The notes beneath the pieces were generated by a model, which saw only the letters and a list, made by a program, of their open reading frames with translations, was not told the origin of the DNA and did no database searches. 64,000 nucleotides of DNA, taken from contig CAYUQM010000001.1 of the NCBI GenBank assembly GCA_964446855.1, positions 8,507 through 72,506 of the forward strand, read 5' to 3'. Shown piece by piece: positions 9,343 to 19,058 of the stretch. This DNA comes from an uncultured Muribaculaceae bacterium (GTDB lineage: Bacteria > Cyanobacteriota > Vampirovibrionia > Gastranaerophilales > Gastranaerophilaceae). The position numbers and the translations under genes are program-made. Each line of letters begins with the position of its first letter. Within the stretch, counting starts at the first letter, position 1.

Positions 9343-9942
9343 ATGTCCTCTTCTAAGCTGCAATATAGAAAAATGTCTTTAGAAGAACTTGTTGTCCTTG
9401 CACAACAAGATGACTTTAAAGCATTGGAAGAACTTATCAAGAATGAACAAAAAAATATATTTGCAACATTTTCTTACCTCACGCATAAGCGAGAAAATGT
9501 TGCAGACTTGACTCAAGAAGCTTTGCTTAAGGTTGCTAAAAATATAAAAAGCCTTAAAAATCCTAAAAATTTCCGCAGCTGGCTAAACCAGATAGTAACT
9601 CATCTTTTTTATGACGAACTTAGAAAAAAAGCTCGGAAACCGGATGTTGTATCAATTGATGAGGAAATTGATGAGGAAAACCAATTTACGATAAAATCGG
9701 TACTTGCGGATAAAAAATGTAAACCTCCGGAAAAATGTATAACTTCTGAAATTGAAAAATTAATTAAAGAACAAATAAGAAATCTACCGGATCCGTTTCG
9801 TATTGCTATTGTATTGAGGGAATTGCAAGGACTTTCTTACGAGGAAATCGCAGAAGCTACGAAAGCAAGTGTAGGAACGGTAAAATCAAGAATTTCCAGA
9901 GCAAGATTGAAATTACAAGATAGCCTAAAAGGTTATATTTAA
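9343..9942 (+). CDS. ECF-type sigma-70 family RNA polymerase sigma factor
   Basis: Region 2 (DLTQEALLKVAKNI...FRSWLNQIVTHLFYDELRK) and region 4 (LRELQGLSYEEIAEATKASVGTVKSRISRARLKL). Confidence 0.85.
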   Translation: MSSSKLQYRKMSLEELVVLAQQDDFKALEELIKNEQKNIFATFSYLTHKRENVADLTQEALLKVAKNIKSLKNPKNFRSWLNQIVTHLFYDELRKKARKPDVVSIDEEIDEENQFTIKSVLADKKCKPPEKCITSEIEKLIKEQIRNLPDPFRIAIVLRELQGLSYEEIAEATKASVGTVKSRISRARLKLQDSLKGYI

Positions 9943-9960
9943 AGGAAAGGAACACATATT

Positions 9961-10512
9961 ATGCAAGAACTAAATTGTGAGCAGGTGGTAACATTATTAA
10001 CTTTTTATATTGAAGGAAAGTTAAGCCGTAAATTATCCGAAAATGTTGAACATCACTTAAGTATGTGTCCTAGCTGTAAAGAAAAATATATTAAACTTAG
10101 CAAAATTTTGGAAAATTATGCAGGTATCAAAAACAAAATAAATGAAGACGAAATCGTTATAAATGAAGAGGAGTTTAATACCCCGCAATATCAGGTATTT
10201 CGAGATAATTTATCTGCCTATATTGATAATGAGTTGAGTGATGATGACAATCTGAAAATAAAAAAAATAGCTATTGCAAATCCTTTAGCACGTAAAGATT
10301 TAGAAAATATATACTATTTCAAACAAATTCTTCAGTCTTCATTCAACAAAACTAAAAACAGCATGAAACAAGACTATACTAAAAAGACTTTAAGCCAGCT
10401 TTATCCATCGCAAGAGGTCAATTCAGGAGCTTGGTTAAATAAAGTAGTTACCGCTTTTGTATTCTTTATGATTGTTATGCTGTTTGGAATTATTAACTTC
10501 CTAAATTTTTAA
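9961..10512 (+). CDS. Putative anti-sigma factor (zf-HC2) with C-terminal TM anchor
   Basis: H-x3-C-x2-C motif (HHLSMCPSCKEKY) immediately downstream of the ECF sigma gene. C-terminal hydrophobic helix present. Confidence 0.7.
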   Translation: MQELNCEQVVTLLTFYIEGKLSRKLSENVEHHLSMCPSCKEKYIKLSKILENYAGIKNKINEDEIVINEEEFNTPQYQVFRDNLSAYIDNELSDDDNLKIKKIAIANPLARKDLENIYYFKQILQSSFNKTKNSMKQDYTKKTLSQLYPSQEVNSGAWLNKVVTAFVFFMIVMLFGIINFLNF

Positions 10513-11166
10513 ACCTGAAGAATAAGGCTGCGGTCTTGAGTACGCAAGCTGCTGAAAATTCTTAAACGAAACTTTTGAGGTAGGAATATTTGACTCTACA
10601 GGCAGATTTGTTTTTTTAGCAAGAATTTCCTTTTGCCTGTTAGCAGCATAGCGGTTTCTGAAAATTGGGGTTACTAGGTTGCAGGAAAGAATGGAACCCA
10701 CAAGACCAGCTATAACCTCAACACCATTATTAAGGGGTTTATATACATCTTTTAATTCAGTTTCATAATTAGGTAATTTTGTAACATTAAAATTCCAATC
10801 GCCTGCATAAGCTTTTCCATCAACCCTATCGGCAGGATTTTTTAGAATATGTCCGTCACGTTCAAGAATGACTGTTAAATCTTTTGAGCGAATTTTTGCT
10901 GTGGTTGATAATTTCTTACCAATATTCTTAATCCCTGCAGATAATGTCAAAAATGCCAGAGCGTTTACAAACCCGTCTGCAAATTCTTGCGGAATAAGGA
11001 ATAATTTATCTTTTTTTGAAATTTTATCATTAATTGCAATTGCAAAAATTTGAGCAGCAGAAGATAATCCCCAGCCTATCAAGCCGGTAACAACGAGCAT
11101 TCCAGCCGGGTCAGGTCCGAATTTATCGTATATATAAGTTTTTCTCAAGACTTTAGGCGCTTTCAT
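10501..11166 (-). CDS. Hypothetical membrane protein (221 aa)
   Basis: ORF with hydrophobic helices. Start overlaps the upstream gene stop (ATGA-type junction at 11166). No family recognised. Confidence 0.5.
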   Translation of the reverse strand: MKAPKVLRKTYIYDKFGPDPAGMLVVTGLIGWGLSSAAQIFAIAINDKISKKDKLFLIPQEFADGFVNALAFLTLSAGIKNIGKKLSTTAKIRSKDLTVILERDGHILKNPADRVDGKAYAGDWNFNVTKLPNYETELKDVYKPLNNGVEVIAGLVGSILSCNLVTPIFRNRYAANRQKEILAKKTNLPVESNIPTSKVSFKNFQQLAYSRPQPYSSGLKI

Positions 11167-11765
11167 TATGCAGCATCTCCTTTCTTCTGAGCTTCTTCAT
11201 GATTTTTTCTTATATCATTAAATTTGTTTGTTAAAAATTTCGTAAGCGGTGCGTCAATAAGGAAGTTTGTAAACATCATAATTACAAGTGACCAAATTGT
11301 TCCCATAGCATTACGGTACTGTTTAAGAGAATCGGTTTCTCCGCCTACATGATTACTTGGAGTAAGGAATGTCTGGAACTTTTTCTTTAATGGTGAAATA
11401 TCAGTCGCAACTTCAGATAACGGTTTGGACATCGCTGCTATACCCTTAATACAAGCATATCTGATAGCAAAACCGGTTAAAGTACCAGCAATAATTTTTG
11501 CACAAGTTCTTGCAATAGAAACTTTTCTGGTTTCATCGTCAACTTTTTTGTTTCGGGCGTCAATCAATGGCTGCATTACAATAGCAGTGGCACCCTGCAC
11601 AAGACGTTGTTGAGGAGAAGTCCAAGTTCGCCCGATATGAGCAACATGGTCAACAATAGTGTCTTTTTGAATAACAAGAGAAGGCATCTTATTATAAGCT
11701 GACTTAACCGAATTTGTTATTGGAGATATAATTTTTAAAGATACCATATTCCCTACCCACACCAA
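11166..11765 (-). CDS. Hypothetical membrane protein (193-199 aa)
   Basis: ORF with hydrophobic helices. Alternative start at 11747. No family recognised. Confidence 0.5.
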   Translation of the reverse strand: MVWVGNMVSLKIISPITNSVKSAYNKMPSLVIQKDTIVDHVAHIGRTWTSPQQRLVQGATAIVMQPLIDARNKKVDDETRKVSIARTCAKIIAGTLTGFAIRYACIKGIAAMSKPLSEVATDISPLKKKFQTFLTPSNHVGGETDSLKQYRNAMGTIWSLVIMMFTNFLIDAPLTKFLTNKFNDIRKNHEEAQKKGDAA

Positions 11766-11894
11766 TAAAGATTATCAAGCCGATAAATTGCCCAAATCGT
11801 GGGGTAATTTAACAATTATTTACAATAACTTTATTGAGGCAAGAGATATTATACTACATTTTTAGTTTTTTGTAAAGTGTTATATGTACACTTT

Positions 11895-13130
11895 CTATAA
11901 AATTGCACCTTTTGGTACAACAGTTACTCCTCCTGGAGAAACATGGAATCCGCGGCGTAAATCTTCCTCTTTATCGTATCCGATTCGAGTATTTGGCGGT
12001 ATTACAACATTTTTGTCAATGATTGCTCGCTTAATACGAGAATACCTTCCGACAGAAACATCCTCCATTAATATACTTTCATAAACTTGAGAATAACTGT
12101 TAACTCTTACCTTAGGGGAGAGCACGCACTTAGAAATACTACCTCCGGAAACAATACAACCCTCTGATACCATAGAGTTTGTTGCCATACCCACCCTATC
12201 GCCTTCTTGCCAAATAAATTTAGCAGGCGGATAGTTATAATTAAATGTTCTTATAGGCCATTCTTTCGAATAAAGATTCAGTTCAGGATTGGCAGTAAGT
12301 AAATCCATATTAGCCTGCCAGTATGCATCAATACTACCTACATCTCGCCAATATCCGCGTTCGGCTTCGGTAATTCCTGGGAATTCATTTGTTGCAAAGT
12401 TATAAATATAGATGTTTTTGCCTTCTTTTAATAGCATAGGGATAACATTTTTGCCAAAATCATGGTTAGATTGTTGGGTCTGCTCATCTTCATTAAGGGC
12501 ACCCAATAAAATCTCTTTATTAAATATGTAATTCCCCATTGAAGCCAGGCACATTTTGTCATTACCCGGAATCGTTTTTGGTCGGGTTTGCGGTTTCTCA
12601 ACAAAGTTTACAAGTCTCCAATTTTCATCTACCTCAATAATACCGAATTCGGAAGCTTCTTCTACCGGAATAGGAATTGCGGAAATTGTTAAATCTGATT
12701 TTTTACTCTTGTGATAGTCAAGCATCTGTGAAACATCCATCTTGTAGATATGGTCTCCGCCAAAAATACAAACATAATCAGGATCCTCATCCGTTATGTG
12801 AAAAACATTTTGATAAATAGCATCGGCAGTACCACGATACCAATCTTGACCTGTACGCATTTGGGCAGGAGCCAAATCAACATATTGATTTAAGAATGGT
12901 GATAATGCCCAACCTCTGGTTATATGTTTATTCAAAGAATCTGATTTATATTGTGTTAATACTTTTATTTTGAAAAAACCTGAATTTATAAAATTATTAA
13001 GTACAAAATCTATAATTCTATACCGACCTCCAAAAGGAACGGCAGGTTTCGCTCTATCTTTTGTTAGCGGTAAAAGGCGTTTTCCTTCACCTCCTGCTAA
13101 TATCATAACTAAAGCATCATCAATAGACAT
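11895..13130 (-). CDS. glgC: Glucose-1-phosphate adenylyltransferase
   Basis: [41 protein letters not shown], plus a left-handed beta-helix C-terminal part. Confidence 0.9.
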   Translation of the reverse strand: MSIDDALVMILAGGEGKRLLPLTKDRAKPAVPFGGRYRIIDFVLNNFINSGFFKIKVLTQYKSDSLNKHITRGWALSPFLNQYVDLAPAQMRTGQDWYRGTADAIYQNVFHITDEDPDYVCIFGGDHIYKMDVSQMLDYHKSKKSDLTISAIPIPVEEASEFGIIEVDENWRLVNFVEKPQTRPKTIPGNDKMCLASMGNYIFNKEILLGALNEDEQTQQSNHDFGKNVIPMLLKEGKNIYIYNFATNEFPGITEAERGYWRDVGSIDAYWQANMDLLTANPELNLYSKEWPIRTFNYNYPPAKFIWQEGDRVGMATNSMVSEGCIVSGGSISKCVLSPKVRVNSYSQVYESILMEDVSVGRYSRIKRAIIDKNVVIPPNTRIGYDKEEDLRRGFHVSPGGVTVVPKGAIL

Positions 13131-13307
13131 AACACAATCCCTCTTCTATCTGTAATTTATGTGATAATTATAACTCAAAATACAAACTTTTGCATTAGCT
13201 TAACATTGTAAATTAATATTAAAATCAAAAATTTAAAGACAATTTTTTTTAAAGAAAATACTTTATATATTAGTAAGTGTCAGTGCAAACTTTTGGTGTG
13301 AAAAGTA

Positions 13308-14099
13308 GTGGGAATTTTATTTAACAAACTGGTATTTCCGTACCTGAATAAAAATTTACAAGCTGAACCGGCAAATACAATTCCGAATTCAAATATAAAG
13401 TTCGGCACAACCCTTACTGCGGACACTTTTGAGAGCTCAAGCCCACAAAAATACACTTCTGAGGCAATGATTAGAAAGCTTGCGGACACTAATCCAAAAA
13501 TAAAACAAATACTGTCTGATGTTAATGCCCCATTTGTCATAAATATAAAGGGATTAAACCAAGTTCAAGCTACTCATGCAGAATCAACTCGTAAGATTGC
13601 AGAAGGAATTATTAACAATTTGCCTGCAAGTTTAAAAATGAAAAGTGACCCAAAAACGATTATTGAGGCAGCATGTCTTCATGATGTTGGAAAAGTATTT
13701 ATACCGGATGAAATTTTAAATAAGAACGGAAAACTTACGGACGCCGAAACAAAAATAATGCATGCGCACTCCGAGCTTGGGTATGAATTATTAAAAAACA
13801 GTAACTTAGATGCTAAGGTGCTTAACTTAATAAAAAATCATCACCAAAATGCAAATAAAAACGGATATCCAAAAGTTGATTCACACTTTTTTGCAGATAT
13901 AAATTTGCAAATTTTATCTATGGCAGATAAATATTCTGCACTTACGGAGGATAGAGCATATAAAAAAGCGCTTTCTCGAAAAGAGGCACTTACATTGATA
14001 AGAAATGACGTAAGAGAGGGTAAACTTAATCCATTAATATTTAATGCGCTTGTTACATATACTGATAACTTAATTCTTGCTCAAAACGTTAACGTATGA
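13308..14099 (+). CDS. HD-GYP-type HD-domain phosphohydrolase (possible c-di-GMP phosphodiesterase) with unknown N-terminal region
   Basis: GTG start. Motifs: ACLHDVGKVFIPDEIL, HAHSELG, HHQNANKNGYP (HHE...GYP-like), ADKYSALTEDRAYK. Confidence 0.75.
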   Translation: MGILFNKLVFPYLNKNLQAEPANTIPNSNIKFGTTLTADTFESSSPQKYTSEAMIRKLADTNPKIKQILSDVNAPFVINIKGLNQVQATHAESTRKIAEGIINNLPASLKMKSDPKTIIEAACLHDVGKVFIPDEILNKNGKLTDAETKIMHAHSELGYELLKNSNLDAKVLNLIKNHHQNANKNGYPKVDSHFFADINLQILSMADKYSALTEDRAYKKALSRKEALTLIRNDVREGKLNPLIFNALVTYTDNLILAQNVNV

Positions 14100-14185
14100 T
14101 AATTTTTGTTAAAAATTTGTATTTGAAGCATGACAAAAAATCGTGATTGTCATATTATTAAGAAAAGTAGCAGGAGGAAGTTTTT

Positions 14186-14665
14186 GTGATTGAAGAACTT
14201 ATTGATAAAAAATCAGGATTTGACTTAACTTCAAAGAGTGCGTTTTCTAATCAGGAAGATACTTTTACTTCCCGTTCACATGCCGCACTTCTTGCAAAAA
14301 ATGTCATTCCTTATTCTCACAAAAGAGTTGCCGATAATTACATCGTTATTAAGCGTATTTATAAATTTCAGGCTGTTCAGAGCCGGATAACACAGACAGA
14401 AAAAGAATTGCTGTTGAAATATGATTTTAATACTTTGGAGTACACTACAGCTAAACAAATGTATGAGGAATTAGCTTTATTACAAAAGTGGTCATCCTCA
14501 GATAATCTTCAACTTAAAGCAGACTCTGATAAAATTGTAGAGATTAGGGGCAAAGAGCTTAAGTTTATTGATGCGAATTGTTATGTAACAATTTCTAATG
14601 AAATTTATAAAGGCTATGTTGCCCTTTCGCATTACTTTGAAGAAATAAGTAAGTTTAAAAATTAA
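14186..14665 (+). CDS. Hypothetical protein (159 aa)
   Basis: GTG-start ORF with an AGGAGG SD upstream. No family recognised. Confidence 0.45.
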   Translation: MIEELIDKKSGFDLTSKSAFSNQEDTFTSRSHAALLAKNVIPYSHKRVADNYIVIKRIYKFQAVQSRITQTEKELLLKYDFNTLEYTTAKQMYEELALLQKWSSSDNLQLKADSDKIVEIRGKELKFIDANCYVTISNEIYKGYVALSHYFEEISKFKN

Positions 14666-14723
14666 GAATGTTGAACTAAAAAGTGCCTAGATGTTAAACT
14701 ATGATTTCAAAATAAAATCTAAT

Positions 14724-14757
14724 AAAAGACCCTCTCTAATTTGGAGAGGGTTTTTTA
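14724..14757. terminator. Bidirectional intrinsic terminator
   Basis: A-run, then ACCCTCTC-taatttg-GAGAGGGT, then T-run, between convergent genes. Confidence 0.8.
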
Positions 14758-15288
14758 TTAATATTTTAACATTGAAACAATTTTACCGCAATCTTGGAGC
14801 TTTTCTCTACCCTTTAATGCTTCTAATTCAATTAAGAATCCGACTCCTACAAGATTTGCACCTGTTTTTTTAACAAGCTTACATGCTGCTTCTGCGGTTC
14901 CGCCGGTTGCTAATAAGTCATCAATAATTAATACATTGTCGCCTTCTCCGAATGCATCTTTGTGAATTTCTATCTTGTCTGTACCATATTCAAGTTCGTA
15001 TTCTTGAGCGATTGTTTCAGCAGGTAACTTATTTGGTTTACGAACAGGTATAAACCCTGCATTCATATTGTAAGCCATAGGCATTCCGAAAATAAATCCA
15101 CGGCTTTCAATACCGGCTATGTAATCAATTTTAACGTCTTTAAATTGGTCGCATAAATAATCAATAATGGTCTTCATTACTTCAGGTTGTTTCAAAGCTG
15201 TTGTAATATCGCGAAATAAAATTCCTTTTTTAGGGAAATCAGGGATTTCTCTAATGCTTTCTTTTACATTATCCAAAGATGTAATCAT
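14758..15288 (-). CDS. apt: Adenine phosphoribosyltransferase
   Basis: FPKKGILFRDIT and the PRPP-binding motif VLIIDDLLATGGTA. Confidence 0.93.
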   Translation of the reverse strand: MITSLDNVKESIREIPDFPKKGILFRDITTALKQPEVMKTIIDYLCDQFKDVKIDYIAGIESRGFIFGMPMAYNMNAGFIPVRKPNKLPAETIAQEYELEYGTDKIEIHKDAFGEGDNVLIIDDLLATGGTAEAACKLVKKTGANLVGVGFLIELEALKGREKLQDCGKIVSMLKY

Positions 15289-15317
15289 TTTTCTTCTCCA
15301 TTCTGTATTAATTTCGA

Positions 15318-16658
15318 CTAAATTCTTAATTTTCCATGTTCTTGCTGTATATGCTCTTCCTCCTCAAGAATCAATCCGTGAGCTGTTTTACCCCATTTCA
15401 TATCTTTTTTAAAGAACAATATCTTAAAGCATATAAATAACTCAAGAGGGAACCATATAATTAACAGATAAATACTGGTAATAAATGCTTCTTTTATAGC
15501 TTCCAGTCTGCCTACATTATCGTAACGTCTTAGGGCATATCTGATACCCGTAAAAAACCCAAATCCGATAGCACAGCTTATAATAATTGATGAATAAAGC
15601 ATGTGCGGAGATGCGCTTTTTGCAATAACCTTAAATGCACGTATAAGAAATTCCATAACGCACCATAAAGGCATGATACATTCCGAGATATAAGCGGTCA
15701 TATCAAGACTGGCTCTCAGTGACATTGTTTTCGAGCGTAAAACTTTTCCGGAATATTCGAGATATCTTCTTAACGTTCCTTCAAGCCACCTGCGGCGCTG
15801 TCTAAATAAAGGGTACAGATATGCGATACCTTCTTCATATACAACAGCGTCCAAACAAAAACGAATATCCCACCCTTTTATATGAAGTCTTGTTGACATA
15901 TCCAAATCGTCGGTAATAGTGTAATTATTCCAGCCGCCAATATCTTCTAATGCTTCACGTTTAATAAGTTCTCCGTTCCCGCGAAGTTCAACAGCACCCT
16001 TAACTGAATCTCTTCCTATTTGCATGTACGTGTCAAAAGAATATTCATTATTTTGGCAACGTGTAAGTATGTTATAGTCTTTGTTCCTGATGATTTTTCT
16101 AGCTTGGACTGCACCAACATCTTTTGGTTCCAACATCGGAACGAGTTTACTTAAAAAATCAGACTCAACTGTTGCATCTGCATCGAAAACAAGAATAGCA
16201 TCGCCCTTTGCGTATTCCAATGCATCGTTTAGGACCGCTGATTTGCCGGGGAAGGCGTCTTGTGGACGAATTAAAGCCTTAACTTTATCATATTTTTTAT
16301 CAAGGTCTGAAATTACCTGAGATGTGTTGTCTGTACTTCTGTCGTCAATAACGATGATTTCAAAATTTTCATAGTCAAGTTTCAATATATTTTCAACGGT
16401 ATTTGTAATGACAGACTCTTCATTGTGTCCCGGGATCATTATTGTAACAAATGGTTTATAGCCAGTATTGATAATTTCCGGATGTTTTTTTAACTTTCGT
16501 TTTTTTAATTTATAAGCAAGAGTAGAAAATATAGCATACACGGTCATGAGTGTACACAAAAATGCCAGTCCCCAGACTGTATTAAAATAGTTTTGGAATA
16601 TATAGAGAAATATCCCTAAGCCAAAAACTATGGTAAATAGTATAAATCTTTCTTTCAT
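15318..16658 (-). CDS. Family 2 glycosyltransferase, processive PgaC/IcaA/cellulose-synthase-like, membrane-embedded
   Basis: IPGHNEE...IIVIDDRSTDNT, LVFDADA, TITDDLD and QRRRWLEG (QxxRW motif), with TM helices at both ends. The ORF extends to 16739; MKERFILF at 16658 is the more likely start. Confidence 0.85.
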   Translation of the reverse strand: MKERFILFTIVFGLGIFLYIFQNYFNTVWGLAFLCTLMTVYAIFSTLAYKLKKRKLKKHPEIINTGYKPFVTIMIPGHNEESVITNTVENILKLDYENFEIIVIDDRSTDNTSQVISDLDKKYDKVKALIRPQDAFPGKSAVLNDALEYAKGDAILVFDADATVESDFLSKLVPMLEPKDVGAVQARKIIRNKDYNILTRCQNNEYSFDTYMQIGRDSVKGAVELRGNGELIKREALEDIGGWNNYTITDDLDMSTRLHIKGWDIRFCLDAVVYEEGIAYLYPLFRQRRRWLEGTLRRYLEYSGKVLRSKTMSLRASLDMTAYISECIMPLWCVMEFLIRAFKVIAKSASPHMLYSSIIISCAIGFGFFTGIRYALRRYDNVGRLEAIKEAFITSIYLLIIWFPLELFICFKILFFKKDMKWGKTAHGLILEEEEHIQQEHGKLRI

Positions 16659-16808
16659 ATCCCTTTTTTGCCTACAAATTCCTCTAATATTGTACCAGAA
16701 AACAAAAAAAAATACAGAATTTTTAACGATTTGTATCATTTAAACCTTCAAATATCAAACAAACAGATGTTTTTTAGGCATAAAATTGTTAAAATTCCTT
16801 AACGATAC

Positions 16809-16836
16809 TTGCACAAACAAAAATATTCGCTATAAT
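16809..16836 (+). promoter_or_regulatory. Sigma-70-type promoter for hup
   Basis: TTGCAC, 16-nt spacer, TATAAT. AAGGAG SD lies upstream of the ATG at 16869. Confidence 0.5.
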
Positions 16837-16868
16837 AAGGGAGTACAAATAAGAAAAGGAGTTTTACA

Positions 16869-17147
16869 ATGAACAAAGAAGAATTAGTACAAGAAGTTGC
16901 AAAAAAAGCTAACGTTTCACAAAAAGAAGCTGCAGAAGTTATCAATGCTTGGGTTGAAACTGTGGAAAAAACTGTAGCTAAAGGTAAAAAAGTTACTTTG
17001 GTAGGCTTCGGTACTTTTGAAGCTAGAAAAAGAGCTGCTAGAACTGGTAGAAACCCTCAAACAGGTAAAGAAATTAAAATCCCTGCTAAAACAGTTCCTG
17101 CTTTCTCAGCTGGTAAAAAATTCAAAACTGTTGTTAATGGTAAATAG
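16869..17147 (+). CDS. hup: DNA-binding protein HU
   Basis: 92 aa with MNKEELV...GFGTFEARKRAARTGRNPQTGKEIKIPA, the canonical HU arm. Confidence 0.95.
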   Translation: MNKEELVQEVAKKANVSQKEAAEVINAWVETVEKTVAKGKKVTLVGFGTFEARKRAARTGRNPQTGKEIKIPAKTVPAFSAGKKFKTVVNGK

Positions 17148-17171
17148 TTTTTGATTTAATCAAATTTTAAA

Positions 17172-17202
17172 GCGGTTGTCATTTTGGCAGCCGCTTTTTT
17201 TT
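17172..17202 (+). terminator. Rho-independent terminator of hup
   Basis: GCGGTTGTC-atttt-GGCAGCCGC followed by T8. Confidence 0.8.
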
Positions 17203-17216
17203 GAACATTTTATTTG

Positions 17217-17245
17217 TAAAAAAATCCGCCTTGTTAAGGCGGATT
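17217..17245 (-). terminator. Rho-independent terminator of lysS
   Basis: ATCCGCC-ttgttaa-GGCGGAT, with a T-run on the minus strand. Confidence 0.75.
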
Positions 17246-17276
17246 TTCTATCAGAACTCATCTTTCTCGGACGAAA

Positions 17277-18779
17277 TTAGTTTTGTCTTTTCTTCAATGT
17301 TGGGAATGCCATTACATCTCTGATTGAAGGTGAATTAGTAAGAAGCATTACCAGTCTGTCGATACCGAGTCCTAAACCGCCCATAGGAGGAGCACCATGT
17401 TCTAATGCACAGATATAATCTTCATCAATAGGCATAGCCTCGTCATCGCCATTTACTTTTGCTTGCATTTGAGCTTCAAATCTCATTCTTTGATCTATCG
17501 GATCTGTTAACTCAGAGAATGCGTTAGCAATTTCCCAACCGTTTACTCTTGTTTCAAAACGTTCGGTCAACCTGTCATTATCTCTGTGAACCTTAGCTAA
17601 CGGTGATATATCACGAGGATAATCTATAATATGGACAGGTTGAATTAATGTCGGTTCAACTTTTTCTTCAAAAATCAAATCAATAACCTTGCCCCAGTTA
17701 TCGCAATCTTCAGGATTAATACCCAAAGATTTTGCTTTATTCTTAGCATCTTCTACCGTAAAGCAAGTTGAAAAATCAATACCTGTTTTTTCTTTGATAG
17801 CGCCAATCATAGTTTTTCTATCCCAAGGTGGCGTCAAATCGATTTCGTTGTCACCGTAAGTGATTTTCATGGTACCCAAAACTTCTTGAGCTACGGAAGC
17901 AACTAAATTTTCGGTTAATGTCATCATTTCGTTATAATCAACGTAAGCCTGATATAACTCCATCATAGTAAATTCAGGGTTATGACGAATATCGATACCT
18001 TCATTTCTGAAGCTTCTGTTGATTTCGAAGATTTTTTCACTCACACCGCCAACCATAAGTCTTTTCAAATAAAGTTCCGGCGCAATTCTTAAAAACATAT
18101 CCATATCAAGAGTATTGTGGTGAGTTACAAATGGTCTTGCGTTAGCTCCGCCTGCTTGCGGATGAAGCATAGGTGTTTCAACTTCTAAGAAACCTTTGTT
18201 TGTTAAATACTCTCTAATTTTTTGGATAATTAAACTTCTTGTTCTGAATGTTTTTCTAACGTCTTCATTAACAATCATGTCAACGTATCTTTGTCTGTAT
18301 CTTGTTTCTACATCAGTTAAGCCATGGAATTTTTCAGGCAAAGGCAATAACGATTTAGATAATAATGTTAAAGATGTTGATTTAATAGAAAGTTCTCCAC
18401 GCGGAGTTCTTCTTATTGTTCCTTTAAATCCAACAATGTCACCAATATCAATTAGTTTTAAGATTTTTAATTGCTCTTCGTTAAGATTTTCTTTATGAGA
18501 AAATATTTGAATTTTTCCTGAAGCATCCATTAAATCTATGAACATACCGGTATTTCTGATAGCCATAACGCGACCGGCAACAGAGTATTCGTCTTCGGTT
18601 TCAACTCCTGCTTCAAGATCCTTATATTTATTTTGTAAGTCAGCCGCATCTGCATTTTTATTATACACATAAGGGTATGGATTAACCCCTCTATCGGCTA
18701 AATCCGTAAGTTTTTGAATTCTCGTCTGTCTGATTTGATCTCTAGCCGAATTAAATTCATGAGTTTGTTGTTCTGTCAT
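17277..18779 (-). CDS. lysS: Lysine--tRNA ligase (class II)
   Basis: OB-fold N-domain, FLEVETPML, FRNEGID..HNPEFT, GGLGLGIDRLVMLL. Confidence 0.95.
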   Translation of the reverse strand: MTEQQTHEFNSARDQIRQTRIQKLTDLADRGVNPYPYVYNKNADAADLQNKYKDLEAGVETEDEYSVAGRVMAIRNTGMFIDLMDASGKIQIFSHKENLNEEQLKILKLIDIGDIVGFKGTIRRTPRGELSIKSTSLTLLSKSLLPLPEKFHGLTDVETRYRQRYVDMIVNEDVRKTFRTRSLIIQKIREYLTNKGFLEVETPMLHPQAGGANARPFVTHHNTLDMDMFLRIAPELYLKRLMVGGVSEKIFEINRSFRNEGIDIRHNPEFTMMELYQAYVDYNEMMTLTENLVASVAQEVLGTMKITYGDNEIDLTPPWDRKTMIGAIKEKTGIDFSTCFTVEDAKNKAKSLGINPEDCDNWGKVIDLIFEEKVEPTLIQPVHIIDYPRDISPLAKVHRDNDRLTERFETRVNGWEIANAFSELTDPIDQRMRFEAQMQAKVNGDDEAMPIDEDYICALEHGAPPMGGLGLGIDRLVMLLTNSPSIRDVMAFPTLKKRQN

Positions 18780-19058
18780 TTCTACTTCCTTATAAATTAG
18801 TGTAACTCTCTGGTAACAATATTAGCATGGACATATTATAAAGTAAAACACATATATCTGTTACAGTTTTGTAAACTTTCTGTTATATTTGTAGTAAAAG
18901 GCTTGAAGTTTTAATTAATATTAAGTATAATAAGTACACTTATTGTCATGAGTTTTGTAAATAAAACTTAAAACTTATCCCCGAAAAGGCAATAAGTACA
19001 AAGTAAAATTTTTAATATGTATATGTGTAGTTAGTTATGAATAATGTAAAGTAGGGAC

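Noticed and set aside
14691-14873. 60-aa plus-strand ORF spanning the bidirectional terminator into apt
   Set aside because: It reads through a strong hairpin/T-run and is antisense to the apt 3' end. It has no SD and is not credible.
18780-19058. 279-nt leader region upstream of lysS: T-box or lysine riboswitch?
   Set aside because: - On the lysS strand there is no T-box consensus (…GGUGGUACCGCG…), no specifier/antiterminator arrangement and no L-box-like GC-rich helices.
- The region is extremely AT-rich and more simply explained as a divergent promoter region.
- AGTTTTGTAAA occurs twice (near 18862 and 18951), and an 8-bp inverted repeat ACTTATTG/CAATAAGT is present. Neither is sufficient for a call.
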